A stretch of DNA of 64,000 nucleotides from Octopus vulgaris (Eukaryota), in contig OX597815.1 in NCBI GenBank assembly GCA_951406725.2, positions 60,822,001 through 60,886,000 on the forward strand, read 5' to 3'. A program made the position numbers and the translations under genes. Numbering within the stretch: the stretch's first letter is position 1; every line of letters starts with the position of its first letter. Below, piece after piece: positions 46,450 through 59,938 of this stretch. The notes under the pieces were generated by a model. That model saw only the letters and a list, made by a program, of their open reading frames with translations, searched no databases and was not told the origin of the DNA.

Positions 46450-47463
46450 AATCTCTTATTATAAAAGGCAGATTTTATCTGCCTCCCTTTGGGAGTTATA
46501 GAAATCTACAATATAGGATTTCTTCAATTACAATTTACCTAGCATTTTTAAGAGTAGAATGCATCGCGTCATGCCAGGTCCAGTTTTTAAAATTTAAACT
46601 CCAATTAAGCAAAATTTACAGAAGACTGACATTCTGGTGTGTGTGTCAAATGCTTTTCTTAGTCTGGGTTACATCACACGCAAACGCACACACACAGTGT
46701 GCAACGAATAAAATGAAAGTAAATAGCGACAGAGTGATTTGAGGAAGACTAAACTGAAAGTATTTAAACCACTACTCAAAAAAAAAAAAACACAGCAAAC
46801 AGAAACAAATAAATACATAACCATTTACTCCTCACACAATTTCTTCAATTAGAATTTACCTAAGATTTTTCAAAGTACTCCATTCGGTCATGCCATAATA
46901 TATTTCTTTCAATTTCACCCCCAATTAAGACAAAATTCGAGAAAACTCAATATTTTAACATTTTACTTTGAAGCCTTTACTCTGCCTATTACTCCAACTT
47001 CCTCTTTAGACACATAGACACGCTAATATATACGACAGTGTTGTTGACAGACATTGTAAGCTATCGTGTGTGTGTGTGTCTGTGTGTGTGTGCGTGTGTC
47101 TGTGCGTGTGTGTCTGTGTGTGTGTGTGTGTGTGATATTTTAACATATCACTCCGAAAGCATACACATACACGCATACACATACATATACAACTACATAC
47201 AACTACATACACATACAACTACATACAAACACGTGTGTGCTTGTTATTAGTAAAAAAGGCGCCAAATCACAACTCACTTATCATTCCAACACATTTGCAA
47301 AGACACACGGACGGACAGAAAAGGTAAATTGGTTTTTATTTTACTCTGTATATATTTTATTATATAATATTATATATAGATATATGTATATATAATTGCA
47401 GTATGAAACAGTGTTTATGTATAAACAGACGACACTTATATATAGTTATTATAATAAGAGATT
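46450..47463 (+). mobile_element. Family B element (Helitron-like 5' end, or bounded by a 15-bp inverted repeat)
   Basis: AATCTCTTATTATAA at 46450-46464 and its reverse complement at 47449-47463. Adjacent hairpin AGGCAGAT-TTT-ATCTGCCT. Confidence 0.5.
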
Positions 47464-47810
47464 AATAAATGTATGCATCCGTGTAACCCTTTCGTTACCA
47501 AGCCGCCCGAATTTACCTATTCATATTTAAATGAGAATATCAGAGCAAATCTCTTTAGTACATTCGTGAAAACACGTATTATACTTCGTAAACACTTCAA
47601 CTACAGTTTTGTACAAAAATCGAAGTGTAATTTTAATTCTAGAATTATGGGAGATTTTTTTCCGAAATTTGTTCCTATTGTGTTTTCAAAATTTGTAATT
47701 CTGACAAAAAATGGATACGAATTTCATTATATCAAGCAGCGAGTCAGAATTCGAAGGATTTTCTACTGAAGACCTTCATAAATCTAACTCTATGACTGAA
47801 AAAAAAAGCA

Positions 47811-48208
47811 TCTTTATATAAGAGTGAAGTTGTGTGGTGTCTGTCTCCTACGATTTAGATTCCTAACTACTCCCACATTTTGCGGTGCAGTTTAACCAAA
47901 AGCGGGTATCTTATAGTCGTGATTCATATCGAGCCCTTCTGGGTATTAGCGTGCGTCTACGATGAGTCTACGATTTAAAAAAAATTTACCATCATATTTT
48001 TCCATTTTAATGCATTTTTTCGCTTTCATATAAGGGAAGTAACTCTCTAAAAATATCTACGATGTGTCAATGATTTAAAAAGAAATTTACCTTAATTTTT
48101 TTTCAATTTTTAATGCATTTTTTGGCTATTTTTTGGCTATAACTCTCTAAAAATGCTTATATAGTTATTTCCCTTACAAACCCGAGCAATGCCGGGCGAT
48201 ACTGCTAG
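47811..48208 (+). mobile_element. Non-autonomous Helitron
   Basis: A|TC start, CCCGAGCAATGCCGGG hairpin, CTAG end. Homologous to 35612-36006. Confidence 0.85.
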
Positions 48209-48271
48209 GCAGGTGGAATACAAACAAACAATTGTATTAGTATGGCGCTCAGGAAATATAAATAAAACAAG

Positions 48272-48309
48272 TCTTTAACGTATCGAGCCTACGCTCTTCA
48301 ACAGAAAGA
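48272..48309 (-). ncRNA. Hammerhead-like motif in the 3' pseudo-LTR (A6U; GAAA mutated to GATA)
   Basis: Copy of 52506-52543 with one extra core mutation. Confidence 0.45.
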
Positions 48310-48924
48310 TACACAGAGAAAAAAACACAGAAAGAAGGAGAGAAGAAAAATATGCGTGCAGAAGCTAGCGAATCAACATGGCGATCTGATTTCAGCCAGA
48401 AGTCAAAGATCAAACATGAGACGCAAGAGCGAAATTAGGGGAGATAATAGGGTTGAATGACCTCGCTCCAACATAAGAGTGTGTGTGTGTGTATGAGAAG
48501 AGTGTGTGTGTGTGTATGAGAGAGTATTAGTGCGTATGAGAGGTCTGGACGTGTGTATGTATATATGATGTGATGTGTAAAGTCGTATGGTGTAGCGTAG
48601 AGAGAGGAGAAGAGGGGGGAGGGGAGGTAAGGGGGGGGAGAAAGAAAGGGGAGAAGAGGGGAGAAGATGAGGGGGGTGGGGAAGGGGGAGAAGGAAGGAG
48701 AGGAGAAGAGGAAGGGAGAGGAGGAGGGAGGATAGAGGGAGAGGGGGGAGAGAGAGAAGGGGAGTGAGGGAGCAGATAGGAAGAGGGAAGGGTAAGAGGG
48801 AATAAGGAGGGAGGGAGAAAGAGGGAAGAAGGGAAGAGGAGTAGGGGTGAAAGGATGAAGGACTCAAGAGAAGTAGGGGTCGGGGGAGGTTAGATGAGGA
48901 GGGGTGAGAGGGGGGGTTAGATGA

Positions 48925-51813
48925 GGAGGGGGGGAGTTGAGACCAAATGGCGTATAAGAGCGAAGAGAGAAGATTAATTCCTGTTCACGGCGCAAACGGG
49001 AATCCGGATGGTCTCTGTGTAACCGAACACAGACAGGTGTTGCAAGGAGTGACCGGTGGAGCGGAAATGGCGGGAGGCCGGTGTGTCGTTCGCAAGACGG
49101 ATGTCACGAAGGTGTTTCGCGAACCGGTCAGCCAAGCGGCGTCCCGTTTGTCCGATGTACAGGGAATGGCAGAGAGAGCAAGAGACGCAATAGATAATAT
49201 TGCTGGAGGTGCAGGTGAAGGAGTTGATGATGCGATAGGGTCGATGATGGGTGCCAGTGAGGAGGGTGGTGTTGGAGAGGTAAGGGCAAGTGCGGCAAAG
49301 TGGGCGGGAGCTGGGGAACGAGCTAGGTTGGGAGGTAGAGTCAGGGAAGGAGCTATGGACCAAAAGGTCTCGAAGGTTATGGGCTCGTTTGAAAGAGGGG
49401 AGGGGTCGGTTAGGGAAGAGGTGTAAAGTGGACGGGTCGGACTGGAGATGACGGAAAGCTCGAAGAATGGTGCGTTGGAGAGGTAGGGTCGTGGGTGTGT
49501 TAAGTGAGGGGAAAAGGGAGGCGGGAGACTACAGGGTGGGTTCGGGGAGAGAGAGCAGATACACGGTCCACGGAACGTGCTCTGGCAAGGGCGGTGTGGA
49601 TAGTGGTGAGGGGTATCCACGTAGGATAAAGTGGTGAGCCATACGTTGAGACTGAGTCTCAAAGTCATGGTCGTCACTACAGAGCCTACGTAGACGGAGG
49701 AATTGGGAATAGGGGATGGAAAGCTTGGTGTGTTCTGGGTGGGAGGAAGAGAAGTTGAGGTATGAGTGTGAGTCTGTGTGTTTGTAGTGAATGGAGGTGG
49801 TAAGAGTGGAGTGAAGAATGCTAACCGAAATGTCGAGGAAGGAGACAGAGGTGTTGGAGATAGTGGAAGTGAAGTGGAGGGCTGGATGGAAAGATTGAAC
49901 GAAAGAGAGGAAGGAATCTAGATGTTCACGAGAGAGTGAGGTGGCACCGATAATGTCGTCAATGTAACGACCATATAGTTCAGGAGTGGGACCAGTGAAA
50001 TTAGAGAATATTTGGGCCTCAACATAGCCAACGAACAGGTTCGCATAGTTGGGGCCCATTCGCGTTCCCATGGCCACTCCCGAGACCTGATGGTAGAACT
50101 CGCCCGTGAACGAGAAGCAGTTAAGAGTAAGGACAAGTTCGGCCAGACGAATGAGTGTGGAGGTGTCAGGTTCAGGGTTGGAGCGGAGGTCAAGAAAGTG
50201 TTGAAGTGCCTGCAGTCCTTCGTGGTGAGGGATAACGGTATAGAGGCTCTGAATGTCCATAGTAAAAAGGATTTTGGAGGAGCCGGGAGAAAAGGAGAAA
50301 GAGTTGAAAAGCCGGAGAGCATGGTTGGTATCGTGGATGTGGGAGGGAAGAGATGCCACTAGGGGGGCAAGGACACGGTCGAGGTATTTAGAGATGAGCT
50401 CCGTGGGGCAGTTACAGGCGGAGATGATGGGGCGGCCAGGGTTGTTGGGTTTGTGGATTTTGGGGAGGAAGTAAATGGTGGGGGTACGTGGGGTTCGCAC
50501 AATTAGGTTGGATGCGGTGTGGGGGAGACGGGAGGACGAGATGAGGTCGCGGACAGTAGAGGATACCGTCTGTTGGTAGCTACGTGTGGGGTTAGAGGAC
50601 AGAGGGGAGTAGAAGGAGGTGTCATTGAGTTGGCGGAGAGCCTCGGCCCTGTAGAGGTCCGCGGGCCACACCACTACAGCTCCATCCTTGTCAGCCGGTT
50701 TGATGATAATGTCAGCGTGCCGTTGGAGGGAACGAAGAGCCGAGAGCTCAGCCGGGGAGATGTTGAGGCGGCGTTGGCGCCTGGAGAAGTTGAACCACTC
50801 CAATGTACGCTGACAAGCGCCCGCGAAAAGATCCACTGCTAGGAACTGGCCGGGGGCAGGCGTCCACAGGGATGGTCGGCGGCCCAGGTCAGTGAAGCAG
50901 TCCTCTTCGTTGGATGTGGGTGGTGAGTCGCGGTAATGCGCACCCAACCGGACGCGGCGCACAAAGCTGTGGACATCAACTCGCGTCTGGAATTCCTTAC
51001 AGGATGGAGTGAGGGGGATGAAACGTAGACCCCTACTAAGGACGGAGCGTTCCGCCGCAGAGAGGGGAAGATCGGGGGGAATGGTAACAACAGACGGAAG
51101 TGGAGAAGGGGTGGGTGGAATAGAAGTAGGAGGGGTGGTAGGGCTCGTGGAGGTCTGAGGGGGAGGGATTGGGGAGGTGTGTGGGGGTGGTTGGGAGGGG
51201 CAGTAGGGTTAGGTGTAGGTGGATGGAGCCTATCAGGAGGGGAGAAGGGGTTGTTGGGAGGGGCAGTGGGGTTAGGTGTGGGTGGATGGAGCCTATCGGG
51301 AGGGTAGAAGGGTAGTGGAGGAGTTGGGGTGGTGGCGTCGGGTGTGGTGGAATGGAGGAGTAATTGGAGTTTACGAAGTTTGGTATCGGAAAGAAATTGA
51401 TGGAAGAGGTGATTCAAATGGATAATGAAGCGTAGCGTGTTTGGAGCATAGAAAGGCGGCAGAGAGGAGAAAAACGTGAGGAAAGCAGGAGGAAGAAGGC
51501 GGTTGATGGTATGTAGTTTAGAGAGATTGGAGCGAATGGTGGCCCGCATAAGGCGATAAGATGTAGTGCGGAGTATGGGTAAGATGGAAGAATCCGAGTG
51601 GAGAGCAGGGTGGAAGTGGAGGCGGAAACCTTTAGGGATGAGTCGGTGATGTAGGCAGCGGCTTAGGAAAGAGACATGGCTAGAGAAGCGGTTTTTTTAA
51701 AAAAGAAGTAGAGAGAGATTAATGGACGGCTGAAAACAGTTTAGGGGAAGAGGGCGGAGGTGATCCTTCAAACGGTGGTGGATAGTGAGGAGGTAGGACC
51801 TACAATCAGGCAT
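48925..51813 (-). pseudogene. PLE RT + GIY-YIG polyprotein, several frameshifts
   Basis: IIKPADK, YFLPKIHK, GRPII, MDIQSLY, GVAMGTRMGP, YGRYIDD, SFLD, RPLCRTC, NIIYCVSCSLCHSLYIGQTGRRL. Confidence 0.92.
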
Positions 51814-52505
51814 GATGGGATAGCGAAAAAAAGGGGAAAAAACAAACGTTCGAAAAAAAGCAACAAAAAATAATCGTATGAAAAAACTAGATAAAAAAAG
51901 CGGTAGGGACAGAAATAAAGGCGGAGAAGATGGGGCAAACGGAAAAAGGAAAGAAAGAAAGGAAGCAGAGAGAGGGGGAGGCAAAAAAGGGGGTGGTGCA
52001 GGCAGAGGAAACAGAGTATGGACATCAAGAGAAGGAAGAAACGACGGAAAGGAGGACAAAATTGCAGGAAAATGTGGAAAGCATGAAATGAATGTAAAAA
52101 AAGCGGTAATATATGAGAAAATAAAAATAAAACGAACGAGACAGTTTATGCGAACAAGTTCAAGGTTGAGAGTTCAAGGTTAGAAATGTATAGATGTCGT
52201 GGTATATTTTTTAAGGATTTCACATCAATAACAAAGTCACTTTGATCCGTGAAAGAGAGGTGCAGCCAATGGTAAGTATCCAAGGGGTAAAGAAAATCCA
52301 ATGTAGAGGTAAGAGTTGATAGTGGTGTTGGTAGAATATAGGATGAAAGTGAGACCACGTGAGCGCGTAATATATAACGGGAAGCTTTATGAAAATAGAC
52401 AAAAGACGAAGGCAGGTTTACGGAAATAAACAAAAGACGAAGGCAGGTGGAATACAAACAAACAATTGTATTAGTATGGCGCTCAGGAAATATAAATAAA
52501 ACAAG

Positions 52506-52543
52506 TCTTTAACGTTTCGAGCCTACGCTCTTCAACAGAAAGA
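52506..52543 (-). ncRNA. Minimal hammerhead-like motif in the 5' pseudo-LTR (A6U variant)
   Basis: Minus strand: TCTTT-CTGTTGA-A-GAGC-GTAG-GCTC-GAAA-CG-TT-AAAGA. Confidence 0.6.
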
Positions 52544-53658
52544 TACACAAAGAAAAAACACAGAAAGAAGGAGAGAAAAAAATATACGTGCAGAAGCTAG
52601 CGAATCAACATGGCGATCTGATTTCGGCCAGAAGTCAAAGATCAAACACGAGACGCAAGAGCGAAATTAGGGGAGATAATAGGGTTGAATGACCTCGCTC
52701 CAACATAAGAGTGTGTGTGTGTGTATGAGAAGAGTGTGTGTGTGTATGAGAGAGTATTAGTGCGTATGAGAGGTCTGGACGTGTGTATGTATATATGATG
52801 TGATGTGTAAAGTCGTATGGTGTAGTGTAGAGAGAGGAGAAGAGGGGGAGGGGGAGAAAGAAAGGGGAGAAGAGGGAAGAAGATGAGGGGGAAGGGGAAG
52901 GGGGAGAAGGAAGGAGAGGAGAAGAGGAGGGGAGAGGATGAGGGAGGATAGAGGGAGAGGGGGAGAGAGAGAGAAGGGGAGTGAGGGAGCAGAGAGAAAG
53001 AGGGAAGGGTAAGAGGGAAGAAGGAGGGAGGGAGAAAGAGGGAAGAAGGGAAGAGGAGTAGGGGTGAAAGGATGAAGGACTCAAGAGAAGTAGGGGTCGG
53101 GGGGGGAGGTTAGATGAGGAGGGGTGAGAAGGGGGGTTAGATGAGGAGGGGGGGAGAGTTGAGACCAAATGGCGTATAAGAGCGAAGAGAGAAGATTAAT
53201 TCCTGTTCACGGTGCAAAAGAGAATCCGGATGGCCTCTGTGTAAGGACAAACCGAATACAGACAGGTGTTGCAAGGAGTGACCGGTGGAGCGGAAATGGC
53301 GTGAGGCCGGTGTGTCGTTCGCAAGGCGGACGTCACGAAGGTGTTCCTCGGACCGGTCAGCCAAGAGGCGTCCCGTTTGTCCGATGTACAGGGAATGGCA
53401 GAGGGAGCAAGTGACGCAATAGATAATATTGCTGGAGGTGCAGGTGAAGGAGTTGATGATGCGATAGGGTCGATGATGGGTGCCAGTGAGGAGGGTGGTG
53501 TTGGAGAGGTAAGGGCAAGTGCGGCAACGTGGGCGGGAGCAGGGGAACGAGCCAGGTTGGGAGGTAGGGTCAGGGAATATATATATATATTAGACAAAAT
53601 GAGATGACAAAGCCAAGGCTGTGAGCTTCCAGGACATTAATAAGGGAAAATATATATA

Positions 53659-53707
53659 GCCTTACAGCTGTTTCTGGGATTTTATGGGTAATCCATTCAT
53701 CAGAGAC
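53659..53707 (-). ncRNA. Type-I hammerhead ribozyme (left arm)
   Basis: Minus strand: GTCT-CTGATGA-AT-GGAT..ATCC-CA-GAAA-CAGCTG-TA-AGGC. Confidence 0.75.
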
Positions 53708-54807
53708 AATGTGAGATGGTTAAATAGAGGTAAATATTTGAGTTCGAAATCTGGAATTATTGCGGAAAAGGATGAGATAGGGAATATAGGAGATAAGAAA
53801 ATGATAGTGAAAATAAAATATAAAACGTTGTAGTTCCATTATTCGAGTAAAGTGGTGTACAGAAGTGGTAAGAAAAAGTTTCCTGTACATGGTATGCTCC
53901 ATACTTTGGTACAGCTCCATACTTTGAAATGTAGTTCATTTTTAGTTATTTCAAAGTATGGAGCTGTAGAAACTGTTTTGTTCATTCGAAGGGTCTTGTG
54001 GTGTGAATGAAAATTTGAGAATGTATTGGTAATATTTGTGGATATATGGGGTGGGGGGGGGGTGTATTATTAGAATGAGGAGATAGGTCAAAATGAAGAG
54101 AGTAGCGACATGAAGAGAAAATGAGAAAAGAGAGAAAAAATAAAATTAAAAAATAATCCATTGTAGATGATCTAATGTAACTTATAAATGCACCGCCCTC
54201 AACACATTACACAATTCTACAGCCATATATATAGGATCAACCATAAATTTCAAACAGTGATATACCACTCATCACAATTCTTTTAGATACGAGAAACACA
54301 ATAAATCTACAAAACTCGCCAGTCACATACATCATCTCAAAAGTAGAAATATTTCTTACATCTTGTCATGGTCCTTGTTAAATTCAGGGTTTCCATAACA
54401 AGGTCAACACTTAGCCTGTAAGCAATGCCTAAAAGAGGTATTCAACATATTAAAACACAACTCCTGGACACTACTAACTAAATATAATGAGGCTCTAAGT
54501 ACATGCAACCACCGCTTTTTTCATACCTTCAAATTTTATCACAAATCTAAATGCAAACTAAATAATCACACTGCATATATCCACAACACCCTTTAGGTAA
54601 TCCTCACCAACCGTACTTAACTTTCCTTTATCTCTATTTTAATTTTTAATCTTTAATTTTTTAACTCCCCTATCTTACTTTAAGGATCTCAGTCATTTAA
54701 TACTACATATATGGACATAGAAGTGGATACATGTGTGTAAATGTGTGTGCATGTATTTTAATGTATGTATGTATTTGTATGTCGGTATATGTGTGTATGT
54801 ATGTATT

Positions 54808-54860
<53 letters not shown>

Positions 54861-55809
54861 ATATGTATGTATATATACGTGCATATGTATATACAAATAT
54901 ATATGAGTGTGTGCATGTGTATATATCTATACGTAAGTACCTGTAAGTGCGCATACGTGTGACTATGTGTAAGTGCGTGTGCTCCTGCGCGTATGTATGT
55001 GTGTATGCATGTATGTGCATATGTACACATGTATATGTATGCGTGTGCGTGCGTGCGTATGTCATTATACCTTCTTTCCTCCTCTCTGATTCCTACTTAT
55101 CACACTAATCTATCACATACGTCTATTTACAGAAATTTGCCACCCTTGTATTCTTCCCTTCACTTTAAATGTTACTCTCACCCATACCTTTTCTCTACCC
55201 ACCCCTTAATGCAGCCCTATCATATCACCCCTACTCACATATCTCACACTTATTCACTCTTTACCTTCTCTTCTCATCCTACCCACCCCTAACTCACTCC
55301 TCTCCCATCCTCCCCTCACATTATCTTGACCTCCAACTAACACTTCACTTCTCACTTCTTTCACCCTTTTTCACATTTTTTCACTCTTTTCATTTATTCT
55401 TCCTCTTTTTTCTCTCTCTTTATTTTAAAAATTTTTATCTTATTTTTTCTCTCTTTCTTCCTCTGATTTTCTCTTATGTCTTCATTTTGATCTATCTCCT
55501 CATTCTAATCATACACATGTCTGCCACCCCATTCTCAAATTTCCATTCACACTACAAAACTCCTTCGAATGAGCAACACAGAATTCACATCTCCATACTT
55601 TGAAATGACTAAACATTAACTTCTATTGGAACTTTTAACCACTTCTATACACCACTTTACTCGAATAATGGAACTTCAACGACAACATTTTATATTTTAT
55701 TTCTACTTTCATTTTATTATTTCCTTCTATATTCCTTATTTCCTCCTTTTCCATAATAATTCCATATTTCGAACTCAAATATTTACCTCTATTTAATCGT
55801 CTCATATCA

Positions 55810-55855
55810 TCTCTGATGAAGGGATATCCATAAAATCCCAGAAACAACTGTAAGA
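55810..55855 (+). ncRNA. Type-I hammerhead ribozyme (right arm)
   Basis: TCT-CTGATGA-A-GGGAT..ATCCC-A-GAAA-CAACTG-TA-AGA. Confidence 0.75.
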
Positions 55856-55932
55856 CTATATCTATATTTTTTTCCTTATAAATTGTCCTGAAAACTCCTC
55901 ACAGTCTTGGCTTTGTTATCTCATTTTGTCTA

Positions 55933-55981
<49 letters not shown>

Positions 55982-56122
55982 TGCTAATACAAGACCTACA
56001 TTAGACTTTATACTCGTATCGAGTATCACTATCGAACCAAGAATTTAAATACGGTCTGTCCATCCATAACACTTACTTAGTGTTACCTGCCACTCTTTGG
56101 ATCTTCTAGATACCAATACCTG

Positions 56123-56188
<66 letters not shown>

Positions 56189-56227
56189 GTGTGTGTGTAT
56201 GTATGTATATCTATCTATCTATCTATC

Positions 56228-56291
<64 letters not shown>

Positions 56292-56419
56292 TGTATGTAT
56301 TTATATATATGGTATCTGTACACACACATACACACAGATATGTATCTGATATTTTTAAATGGGTTCATGCATAAAGAAAGCTAGACATACAAAGATGGAT
56401 AGATTAAAATATAGTAACA

Positions 56420-57684
56420 TCAATGTCAAATCACCGTGGACTGAGTCCCATTGGTAGTTGATGGTGTAGTTTGTTCAGCGAGCGTTTTCAGGTTCAGAGT
56501 AGTTATTTTTAAACATAGTCCTCCTTGCTTTCCACGCATATCTTTCATCCGTGCCGCAGTGCTTGAGTCACATTGGTGAAGAATTTTTCATCCTGTTGGT
56601 CAAAAAAGTTATCAACAGAAGATATGACGTCATCACTGTAAAATTGGTTCCTGGCCAAGAGTTTTTCCATGTTGGGAACAGATGATAGTCAGATAAGGCC
56701 AGATCAAGAGATCATGGAGAGCGGTGATCAACTAGTTCAAATCTACAGTCACGCACAGCAGCCATTGAAATCAAGAACTTTCTGTACTGAATCATTGTCT
56801 TTTCGTCGGTTTTCTGTGCGTTCGGTCTTGATTACCATTCCTAACTGCCTCACTAAGTTGGTACAGTGCTTTTCTATTGATGGTGGTTCCTTTTGAAGAT
56901 AGCTAATGAGCACAATGTCTTTTGCATAAAAAAACTGAGACCATCACATTCCCTGTAGATGAGACGACCTTGGCCTTCTTTAGAGCAGTTGAAGAGGGAT
57001 GTTTTCCTTCTATGGATTATCTCTTTTTTTTCTGGTTCAAAATGATGAAGCCAACATGCATCTAGGGTTAGAAAACGTTCAAGGAAACCAGCTGGAACTG
57101 CCTAAAACAATGTCTGATTCTCCTGTTATGTGAGACATTTGAATCAGATGTCAGAAGACGTGGAAACCACTGAGCAGAATCTTTCGTTATGCCAAGATCA
57201 TTGTGCAGAATATTCTCAACTCTCTCAGACATTTGCTAATAGTACTGGGTATTTGATTTATAGTCAATCACCCTTGTAATCCATCACCATGTGGTGAACA
57301 CGATGAATATATTCTTTGGTGGCTGCAGTTTCAGAGCGTCCCGACCTTGGGTCCTCTTAAAGACTCGCCGTTCCCTTCCTAAATTCAGCTGCCTACTTTT
57401 TCACTGTTGTTAAAGCTGGAGCATCATCCACTAATGTTGAAAGTATGTAAGCATGAATGTCGTTGGGGGCTGAACCACTTTCCTCTCGCGTACTTATGCC
57501 AAATTTTGTTGATTTTCAAGAGAAGTTGCTACAAATTAATGCTGAAATCTTCTTCGACACTCAGATGTCAGTTTACCCAAAAAACAAAATGTCGATATTG
57601 ATAAGAATTGTAATTATTGCATTCAAGATCTGATAGCTCTAGCATCATTCTTTCATAGCCTATGATCTTTTCAGCCCACCCTCG
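56420..57684 (-). mobile_element. Old decayed mariner
   Basis: Terminus CAGCCCACCCTCG|TA at about 57672-57686. Minus-strand remnants of transposase-like sequence with many stops; other TIR not found. Confidence 0.65.
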
Positions 57685-58779
57685 TACATGCATACACACA
57701 AGCGGCAGGATTCCACGCAGTTTTCCTCTAACAAATTCAACCACAAGGCTATAGTAGAATACACTTACTCAAGATGCCTCGTAATATGACACAAGTGAAA
57801 CCGCGTGATTGTGAAATGAACATCTTAACCACACAGACATGTTTGGATATGTGTATGTGTTTGTGTGTATGTGTGTGTGTGTATGTGCGTGTGTGTGTGT
57901 GTGTGTAAGAGATGGACAGACAGACAGAGAGCGGGAGGGAGGTCTGTCTATCTATTTTAGTTTAAAGCTACGTGATACTGTTTATAACAATATGCAAAAC
58001 CTTTTTAGGTGGGTGATGTTGATGTTCACTTTGAATTTTATCTCCAATGATCCTCGTAGGGAGTTAGGAAAGAGTTCTTCTGGACCCCTACTTCCAGAAG
58101 ATAAGCTTCGATGATGACGTTTGTGAAAAGGTTAAGGATTGTTACTCCACAGAGATGGCAAGAGCAATCTCAGCACGCCGTTTAGTTACATAGCTTGTTC
58201 GTTAAGATAGGTAGAAACAGTTGTAGGTGTGGAAGAGGTCAAGTGTTGACAAAAGGTTTCAGTGATCACCTGATGTGGTTAAGTCGCAATCAGCCAACCA
58301 TCCCACCAGCCAACCAATGAACCAACCAACAAATCAACCAGCCAACCAAACACCCAAATACCCAAACACTCAAACAACCAAATAATATGAGTTACCTTGT
58401 TTATGATATAACCTCTATCTCAGCCATTTCAGTAAGAATCTAATCTGGGTTTTCCTGAGTTGTAGAGCTCTTCGGAAATAATTTCTTTTTAACATTGGAA
58501 AATATTGTGACTGCCCAGAGCATATTAAAGTTGAGTTTTGACAATATTATCAATGAGTGATCACAATGATAGATATATGACCAGAGTTTGTATGGCTCAA
58601 GTATTTATAGTATGTCAGAGGGTTTCAACTTTGTGATATTCTTGAGTAGGGTTAGAGCAGCGTTTCTCGAGCGGAGTTCCTCGACACCCTAGGGTTCAGC
58701 AAAAGATTCCTAGGGGTTCCGCGAGAAAGAGTGAGATAAGCTAATGCTAATTTCATGATCGTGATATTACTATACAGGC

Positions 58780-59262
58780 GTATACAAATACGTATGAGAT
58801 GGCTTGGACATGTTAGTCGTATGGAAGCTGGCAGAATCCCCCAGGACATACTCTACGGAGAGCTTGCTAGGGATACTAGGTCTGTTGAAAGGCAGTTCTT
58901 ACGATACAGAGATGTTTGCAAAAGGGACATGAAGGCCTGCGACATCAATATTTGCAACTGGGAAGCGGTTGCCAGCAACCGTGGAGATTGGAGACGTACC
59001 ATAAAAGAGGAAACACAAAGGAGTGACAGAGGGAGATAGGAGAAATGGAAAGACAAGAAAAGACGTCAACAAGAAACTAAGACATTACAACCAGCCAGGC
59101 AAAGTCATTGCTACATTTGCGGCACCTGCCAGAGTGTGTTTGTCCAGGATAGGACTACACAGCCACAGCAGGAGATGTATTAGAACATGAAATGTAAAAG
59201 CCGGACTAGATTATTTTATGCACAACTTCATTGTCTCCCAAGACAAAAGGATGCCAACAGCA
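58780..59262 (+). mobile_element. RTE-clade LINE 3' fragment
   Basis: RMRWLGHVSRMEAGRIPQDILYGEL..RYRDVCKRDMK..WEAVASNRGDWR, then a remnant RIGLHSH zinc finger. Confidence 0.85.
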
Positions 59263-59269
59263 ATATGTA

Positions 59270-59418
59270 TACATTATTTACATTATTTACATTGGACGGA
59301 CATGTCATCATCTTGTTTGTTGTTTGTACAAACAAGATGAGGACACATATCCGTCTAATGTAAATAATGTAAATATGTAAATAATGTACAGAATTCCTCA
59401 TCTCTAAAATACAGAACA

Positions 59419-59421
<3 letters not shown>
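59270..59421. repeat. Imperfect fold-back of a PLE extreme 3' tail
   Basis: 59270-59320 pairs with 59328-59390. Same sequence family as 60260-60310 and 61714-61751. Confidence 0.7.
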
Positions 59422-59453
<32 letters not shown>

Positions 59454-59651
59454 AGTAGGTGAATGAATTATCATAGTCTGGATAATTTGGTTAATCGATA
59501 CCTGGGTGGCAAATTCACGTCAGAAAACACGGTTGAAGCAACATGCCAAGGGCAAAACCCCGTGTTCCTGTGTGGAAATTTGTGTGCTTTTGTTTTATAT
59601 GAATAAATGAAAAGAATGGAGTCGAACGAAGATTTTAACAAAATTCCTTTA

Positions 59652-59734
59652 CTTTCGACACATGTTTCGAAGACTGCATATTCTTAATTCCGAAGGAATA
59701 AAGTGTGCATTATACCGTCTTCTCTTCAGGAAAG
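59652..59734 (-). ncRNA. Type-I hammerhead ribozyme (left arm)
   Basis: Mirror of 59808-59890. Confidence 0.88.
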
Positions 59735-59807
59735 ACAAGGAGCCTCTATCAGTCTCACGACGAACAAAAACTTTTTGTTCTTCGTGAGTCTGATAGAGGC
59801 TCCTTGT

Positions 59808-59890
59808 CTTTCCTGAAGAGAAGACGGTATAATGCACACTTTATTCCTTCGGAATTAAGAATATGCAGTCTTCGAAACATGTGTCGAAAG
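59808..59890 (+). ncRNA. Type-I hammerhead ribozyme (right arm)
   Basis: CTTTC-CTGAAGA-GAAGAC...GTCTTC-GAAA-CATGTG-TC-GAAAG; GUC triplet. Confidence 0.88.
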
Positions 59891-59938
59891 TAAAGGAATT
59901 TTGTTAAAATCTTCGTTCCACTCCATTCTTTTCATTTA

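Larger units (their letters stand above)
48207..53577 (-). mobile_element. Near full-length Neptune-type PLE with about 1.14 kb direct pseudo-LTRs
   Basis: 48207-49348 is repeated at 52441-53577, and the repeat includes the GIY-YIG coding region. 5' end abuts (TA)n. Confidence 0.93.
53590..55933 (+). mobile_element. PLE 3' fragment with inverted pseudo-LTR arms
   Basis: 53590-54153 is a diverged reverse complement of 55432-55933. Centre 54170-54560 translates to VTYKCT..YIGSTINFKQ*YTTHHNSF..STKLASHI..CKQCLKE (GIY-YIG). TA flanks. Confidence 0.85.
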
